Below are positions 58,680-64,000 of a DNA stretch of 64,000 nucleotides, piece after piece; the stretch's first letter is position 1, and the number at the start of each line of letters is the position of its first letter. The DNA comes from a virus. The stretch covers positions 1-64,000 of IMG/VR virus record IMGVR_UViG_3300044615_000294; one strand, given 5' to 3'. The notes beneath the pieces were generated by a model. The model did no database searches, was not told where the DNA came from, and saw nothing but the letters and a program-made list of their open reading frames with translations. Both the position numbers and the translations under genes were made by a program.

Positions 58680-61600
58680 TTATCTTTTACATTTCATATA
58701 ATAATCTAGAGCATCCATTATATCTAGATCTGGATTTTTAACTTCTTCATTTGCAAACCAATCTTTAAACTCTTTTGAATTTAATACAATGGTTTTATTT
58801 TGATTTTCCAAAGTTAAATTATTTTCTTCTTCTTCTTGACTAAATAAATCTAATTGTTCTCCTGGTCCAGGTTTTTGAGTACCTCTAAGCTCTTCTCTAA
58901 CTTCCATAAGTAATTTTGGAAACTCTTTACCCCATTTAGTTTTATCTTGAGTATGTGTAAGAGTAGCATTACCTGTAGCAAGTAATTTAGCAAGGGCATC
59001 TGGATTTTGTTCAAAAGAAAGTGTAAGTATATTTTTCATTACTCCTGATGAATCTCTATCCCAAGTTGCAGTTGATAAATCTTTAATTTTAGCTCCTAAA
59101 CTTTTTGCTTGAGCTCCAGTTGCAGTTTTTAATTTTTCAAGTATCTCTAAATTTTCTTTACTTGCAGGAGCACCTAATAAAACAGCATTTGTAAAAAATA
59201 TTTTCATAGCTTGGAAAGCACCTTCAGGAGTTCTGAATGTTTGACCATTAAGCGTTACAGCTCTGTCAGCAAAATTACTTAACTCAGCATTTTCTCCTGT
59301 ACCAGCATAAATATTGATTTTAATATCAGATCCTGGTAAATTAGTACTAGGTTGAGTAGTAATTAGTTTATCAAAATTCTCATTAAATACTATATTAGAA
59401 GGTATTGGTCCTGCATTAATAAACATATCTGCCATTTCTTGACCTGTATAACCATTAAGATTAGTTCCAGAGTAATCAGATACTAAAAATTCTTTAGTTG
59501 GATTTTCTTTAGCATACTCATACAACTTTTTAACACCCTCTATAATTTCTTGAGGAGTTTTACTTTTCTTTTTTCCAGGACTAGTTACAGTAGTTATACC
59601 CCATGCTTTTCCTGAATCAGACAATCTATTATCCATTTTTTCACCTTGCTTAACACCAGCAATTCTGTATGCAACTAATGCTGCTCCTCCTGTACCTTTA
59701 GAAGGATTTCCATTAATACCAAGTGGATTAGAACCAAATACAAATATTTGATTAGGCTGTAAACTTGTTACTTTTCCTGAATAAGTTTTTCTTTCAGTAG
59801 GTTGAGTAGTAGGTGCAGTAGCTTTTCTCCAAGTACCGATAGGTTGACCATCAATTTTTATCTCAGAATAATTATATCCTTTAGCTTCAAGATTTTGATA
59901 CAATCTTTTTTCACCAGTATTATAACTACTTGAATCTATGTAAGCTTTATTATCTGTAAGAATAGTAGCTCCAGCTTCTATGGCTTTAATTGCTTCTCTG
60001 ATAGTTTTATCTTGTTCTCTTTTAACAACGGTTGCATCACCTCTTAGTCCAGGAACAGATACAAAGATTACATCTGTACCACTATATTTACCAGTATTTG
60101 CTAAAGTACCAGCTTGTTCTCTATAGATCTGTGTAGTACTACGTTTACCATCTTTACCAACTATACCTTCTCCAAAACCAATAAACTGTGTAGCTATGCT
60201 CGCTTTTGTTACAGCTTTAGCATCTTTAACTCCCGCTTGAGGAATAACTGTAAATCTGTCTTTCTTTTCAAATGTTGGAGTAGTAGATACAAATGCAGCT
60301 GATACAAAGTTTTTAAAGATTCTATTTCTAGGATTCATACTTATATTAAATACTCTATCCATGTATCTTTGTTTATCTTCAAAGTTTTGGTTGTTAAAGT
60401 CTACTGCTGCATTATTCATAATTGCAACATAGTCTTCAAATGGTAAGATTTCATTAAAACCAAATCTACTATACCCTACTCCATTCTGATATACTGCAAC
60501 AAGTGGTAGTGCACGGAACATGTCACTGATGTACTTATTTTGTATTGGATCAGCTACTTTAGATACATTAGGATCAGCTAGATCTTTAATGTTTTGATAG
60601 TATTGTTCTGCCACATTTCCTTTACTTAATAATCTAGAATTATTTAAAGTAAGAATTTTCTGACCATCTTTAACTTCTGGAATAGATAGTTGTGATAATA
60701 AACTATATTTATCTTTTAACTCAGGATGTTGATTTATAATATCAAAAATATCTTCTGCAAATGAGTATCCTGTATTTTGGAAGAACACATCTTTTGTAAA
60801 GTATTTAGCTAAAATATCTGAAGGAATGTTTAACAAATCTTTTTCAGATTGTACATACCCCACCATATAATTTTGGAACACAGAATTAACCATGTTATTT
60901 TTTATATCAGATATGAATGTTTCAGTATCACCAAATCTTTTTACTATTTGAAAACTATTAGTCTTTATAAGACTTATAATGATATCACTTATGTCTTTTG
61001 AATTTCTTAATGGAAACACTGGCTGTACTAAATCCTGAACAATTTGATTGTCAAAAAATGTAGATAAGATAGATTCTTTTCTTAAAGCTTTTACTACTTT
61101 ACCTTCTACTCTTGAGTCATTTTCAATTTCATCAAGAAGTACATTTCTATTAATTACTTGCTGTAAAGTTTTAGATATTGCAGTATCCGGATTAGATAAT
61201 CTCATTAACTCTTGGTATCCTGAGAACTGTTTTTCTAATTCTAATACATGAAGTAATGTAGCAATTTGATGATCTCTAAATTTAGGGTCATTTGGATTAT
61301 CAAGAATTTTATTTAAATCTTCAATATTAAATTGCCCATCTTCATTTAAGATGTTACCTTTTTCTATAAGAGCGTCTAATGCTTTTTGTTCTTCTCTAAC
61401 TAACTTTGGTGCTTCTTTTGAATCAACAATAAATTTTGATAACACTCTAGCTGCTGCAACTTCTTTATCAGGAATTTTTATTTCTAGACCACTTTGACTA
61501 ATTTTAGTTCTAGGTATACCGCTGTTGTCAGTAATAAGATCTGAGTAAGAACTTTTTAAAAGTCTTTGTTCTTTTGCATACTCCCTTACTAATGGTTGTG

Positions 61601-64000
61601 ACAAAAACTTAATTGCATATTCTCTTGTAACTCCTGACTTAAATAACATAGCCATTAACCCAATCATTTCTTCATTACCTTGGATAAAGAATATCCATGC
61701 ATTTTTCTCAACATCCACAGAACCATTCATTAATTGTGAATATAGTTCTGATATTAAATCTCCATCTACTGTAGTAATATCTGAAAGTGATATTCTACCA
61801 TCTTTAGTTTTATTATGAGGTAATAATATTCTTGATTCTCTTCCTTTTTGTTTTTTATAGGTGTATGTTTTAGGCATTGCTGCACCTAAAGTATTTAGTA
61901 CCGGGTGTAAAGCATTGTAGATAGCTACAATACCCAATACCCTCTTACCAATCATATTTGCTTCATGCTTGTGTAAGTTGTATAATGGCTCTAATACTCT
62001 AGTGGGGCTAATAGCTTTTTCACCTTTTGTGTTTAGTCTTCTATCTTCACCATGATAGTTTTTAAATCTATCATAGTCTGTTACCTTGTCTTCTAATTTA
62101 TCTGCCAATTCATCTTTCAAAAGATATGTAGCATTTGGTCTAACAAGAGATGCATAGTTCTCTGGTAAACTAAGTATGTTAGATAGGCTAGTAATTAGTT
62201 TATTCTCTAAAGCTGCCTTTTGAGTACTCAGTAATCTAGCAGTCATTTGCTTTCCTTCTTCTGTATCTTTATTTTGATCAATAAGATTTTGAAGTCTCTC
62301 ATTAGACATTGCTGATTCTATAAACTTTCCAGATTTATCCAATGATGGCATAAATGTAGTAAGTTTATCAACGTCAAAGTCAGCTCCTGACTTAGCAACT
62401 ATTTCTGATGGTGGTATAATAATTGGACCAGCAGCCTCATCTAAGAACTCATATACTTCCATATATTCCATAGAGTTAAGGCCTTGCACAGGAATCCTAA
62501 CAGCAATCATGGTAATTGCTTTTCTATTAGCTCCATCATTTGCATTTAACCATTCATCATCTTTAATAGCCTGGTTTAGCCTTTCTCTTGTACCAATTTT
62601 TTCCCCTTTGTAATCTAAGTTTAAAAGATTAACAAAGTCTCCCTGAAGAGCAATAGCAACTTTCATTGCTGAAGTTCTATCTTTATCATAGTTATAGAAA
62701 GGTAAGTTATTAGTTCCCATGAACTTTCTTACTTGTTCTACATCAGCTTTATCAAATTGAATTTGATTATCCCAGATACCATTAGTCATTGCACTAGATA
62801 CCTGTACTAATGCTTCACCTTTGATTTTTTGTCTTACTAATCTTTTTTCAATTAATGAAACAATAATTTTTTCAATCTCATCTGCTCTTAAATGGAAAGA
62901 TAAATCTGTTTTCAAAGAGTTATCTGGATTCATATTGATAAACTCAATATGGTGTTCTGGGATATTCTTTCTACCCAACTCTCTTTGTACAAGCTCTAAG
63001 AAGTTTTTAAAATTTCCAATGTATTTACCATCTTCAAACTTATAACCAATCTCATTAAGTAGTTCCATTTTTAAGAACTCACCATATGCATCTACTGCAT
63101 CTTCATAATCTTTAACTAAAACTTGATTTTTAACTGTAAGTTCACCATTTCTATATAAGTTAGATAGGATAAGTTTTCTTAACTGAGTAGCAAATACTGT
63201 TTTGTTTTTATAAGATACAGGAACTTTAGTAACATCTTTAAGATACTCAAGGTATACTGTGTTTGGAGTAAACTTAATATCTGTCTTTAATGATTTTTGT
63301 TCATCATCATTATAAATTTTATCAGCTACTGCTTTTCCTTTTTCATTAACCTCAGATGTAACACTACCAACTTTAGAACCAGTCTGGAAAGTAACATACT
63401 GAATGTTTTCCTTAATCATTTGCTTATGTAAAGATTCTAAATCAGAATTCTTTATCATTGATGGAATAAGAGGAGCTAAGGCAAACTTATGCATTGCCAT
63501 TACTGGTAGTGATGTATTAGCCAAGTGTCCAAAATTTTGCACTTTATATACCGGGAATGCTTCAATAATATCAGAATACTTAACAGGTTCTTTTCTTATT
63601 ACCTTTACATATAATTGTTCTTGTAAATCACTCCACTGGTTAGATGCAATTTTAAGATTTCTATAAGCATCAAATGTAATCCATCCTTGACCATCTCCTT
63701 CCTCCATTTTTCCATAAGGCTTAAGATCCTGAGCCACACGCATTTCTACTTCCTCAGATAGTTTATCAGCTGGAACTTTTCCTTTAAGTCTCTCTGTATA
63801 ATCTTTTCTTAATTCTCTTTCAATTATAGGAGAATAAACAGATTCTCTCACAATATCTTGAATAATGGCAGAATTAAATTTACCTGTGTAAGCAAGAGTT
63901 TCTAATCCTTCTGCTTGTGCATAAGATAATTTACCATTCAATCCAGTTAAATAATTTCTTATTGACTGATCTGTTCTAATCTTTAATCCACCAGAAGTTC
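58680..64000 (-). CDS. Virion RNA polymerase (crAss-type) with C-terminal accessory domains including NADAR; 5' end beyond the window
   Basis: RIPVQG and GADFDVDKL catalytic motif at 62367-62381. The frame stays open upstream of the track's TTG start (TSGGLKIRTDQSIRNYLTG) to 64000. Confidence 0.88.
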   Translation of the reverse strand, partial: TSGGLKIRTDQSIRNYLTGLNGKLSYAQAEGLETLAYTGKFNSAIIQDIVRESVYSPIIERELRKDYTERLKGKVPADKLSEEVEMRVAQDLKPYGKMEEGDGQGWITFDAYRNLKIASNQWSDLQEQLYVKVIRKEPVKYSDIIEAFPVYKVQNFGHLANTSLPVMAMHKFALAPLIPSMIKNSDLESLHKQMIKENIQYVTFQTGSKVGSVTSEVNEKGKAVADKIYNDDEQKSLKTDIKFTPNTVYLEYLKDVTKVPVSYKNKTVFATQLRKLILSNLYRNGELTVKNQVLVKDYEDAVDAYGEFLKMELLNEIGYKFEDGKYIGNFKNFLELVQRELGRKNIPEHHIEFINMNPDNSLKTDLSFHLRADEIEKIIVSLIEKRLVRQKIKGEALVQVSSAMTNGIWDNQIQFDKADVEQVRKFMGTNNLPFYNYDKDRTSAMKVAIALQGDFVNLLNLDYKGEKIGTRERLNQAIKDDEWLNANDGANRKAITMIAVRIPVQGLNSMEYMEVYEFLDEAAGPIIIPPSEIVAKSGADFDVDKLTTFMPSLDKSGKFIESAMSNERLQNLIDQNKDTEEGKQMTARLLSTQKAALENKLITSLSNILSLPENYASLVRPNATYLLKDELADKLEDKVTDYDRFKNYHGEDRRLNTKGEKAISPTRVLEPLYNLHKHEANMIGKRVLGIVAIYNALHPVLNTLGAAMPKTYTYKKQKGRESRILLPHNKTKDGRISLSDITTVDGDLISELYSQLMNGSVDVEKNAWIFFIQGNEEMIGLMAMLFKSGVTREYAIKFLSQPLVREYAKEQRLLKSSYSDLITDNSGIPRTKISQSGLEIKIPDKEVAAARVLSKFIVDSKEAPKLVREEQKALDALIEKGNILNEDGQFNIEDLNKILDNPNDPKFRDHQIATLLHVLELEKQFSGYQELMRLSNPDTAISKTLQQVINRNVLLDEIENDSRVEGKVVKALRKESILSTFFDNQIVQDLVQPVFPLRNSKDISDIIISLIKTNSFQIVKRFGDTETFISDIKNNMVNSVFQNYMVGYVQSEKDLLNIPSDILAKYFTKDVFFQNTGYSFAEDIFDIINQHPELKDKYSLLSQLSIPEVKDGQKILTLNNSRLLSKGNVAEQYYQNIKDLADPNVSKVADPIQNKYISDMFRALPLVAVYQNGVGYSRFGFNEILPFEDYVAIMNNAAVDFNNQNFEDKQRYMDRVFNISMNPRNRIFKNFVSAAFVSTTPTFEKKDRFTVIPQAGVKDAKAVTKASIATQFIGFGEGIVGKDGKRSTTQIYREQAGTLANTGKYSGTDVIFVSVPGLRGDATVVKREQDKTIREAIKAIEAGATILTDNKAYIDSSSYNTGEKRLYQNLEAKGYNYSEIKIDGQPIGTWRKATAPTTQPTERKTYSGKVTSLQPNQIFVFGSNPLGINGNPSKGTGGAALVAYRIAGVKQGEKMDNRLSDSGKAWGITTVTSPGKKKSKTPQEIIEGVKKLYEYAKENPTKEFLVSDYSGTNLNGYTGQEMADMFINAGPIPSNIVFNENFDKLITTQPSTNLPGSDIKINIYAGTGENAELSNFADRAVTLNGQTFRTPEGAFQAMKIFFTNAVLLGAPASKENLEILEKLKTATGAQAKSLGAKIKDLSTATWDRDSSGVMKNILTLSFEQNPDALAKLLATGNATLTHTQDKTKWGKEFPKLLMEVREELRGTQKPGPGEQLDLFSQEEEENNLTLENQNKTIVLNSKEFKDWFANEEVKNPDLDIMDALDYYMKCKR

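Noticed and set aside
1-64000. Stop-codon reassignment, as in some crAss-like phages
   Set aside because: Core genes are full length in the standard code, TAG and TGA are used as stops, and no suppressor tRNA was seen
1-64000. Prophage or integrated element
   Set aside because: No integrase, repressor or flanking bacterial housekeeping genes; the whole window is phage-like

Overview
This is a 64-kb AT-rich slice of a crAss-like (Crassvirales-type) lytic phage genome. The host is most likely a Bacteroidota bacterium, judged from TAnnTTTG promoters, A-rich leaders without Shine-Dalgarno sites, and the gene set. 1-19.3 kb (minus strand) holds the late module: major capsid protein (truncated at the window start), putative scaffold, portal, terminase, PD-(D/E)XK nuclease, IHF-like protein, an amidase/holin/u-spanin lysis cassette, fibre/decoration proteins and a GroES-like protein. 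At about 19.4-19.7 kb the coding strand switches at a GC-rich island. 19.7-22.3 kb is an array of small early genes, most preceded by a 15-bp repeat (TAACTRTGYYHTACT) and followed by a hairpin. 22.8-23.1 kb is a structured non-coding stretch ending in a twister-like ribozyme, and tRNA-Arg(TCT) lies at 24.3 kb. 25-52.4 kb (plus strand) holds replication, repair and auxiliary genes: SF2 helicase, ClpS, RlpA, spore photoproduct lyase-like radical SAM, UDG, DnaB, primase, VWA/MoxR, family-B DNA polymerase and MazG. 52.4-64 kb (minus strand) holds two giant virion proteins. One has a zincin motif and LysM. The other is the virion RNA polymerase (DFDVD), whose C-terminus carries a string of accessory domains including NADAR, joined by repeated TTQP linkers. 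All calls come from reading the sequence; no database searches were run.
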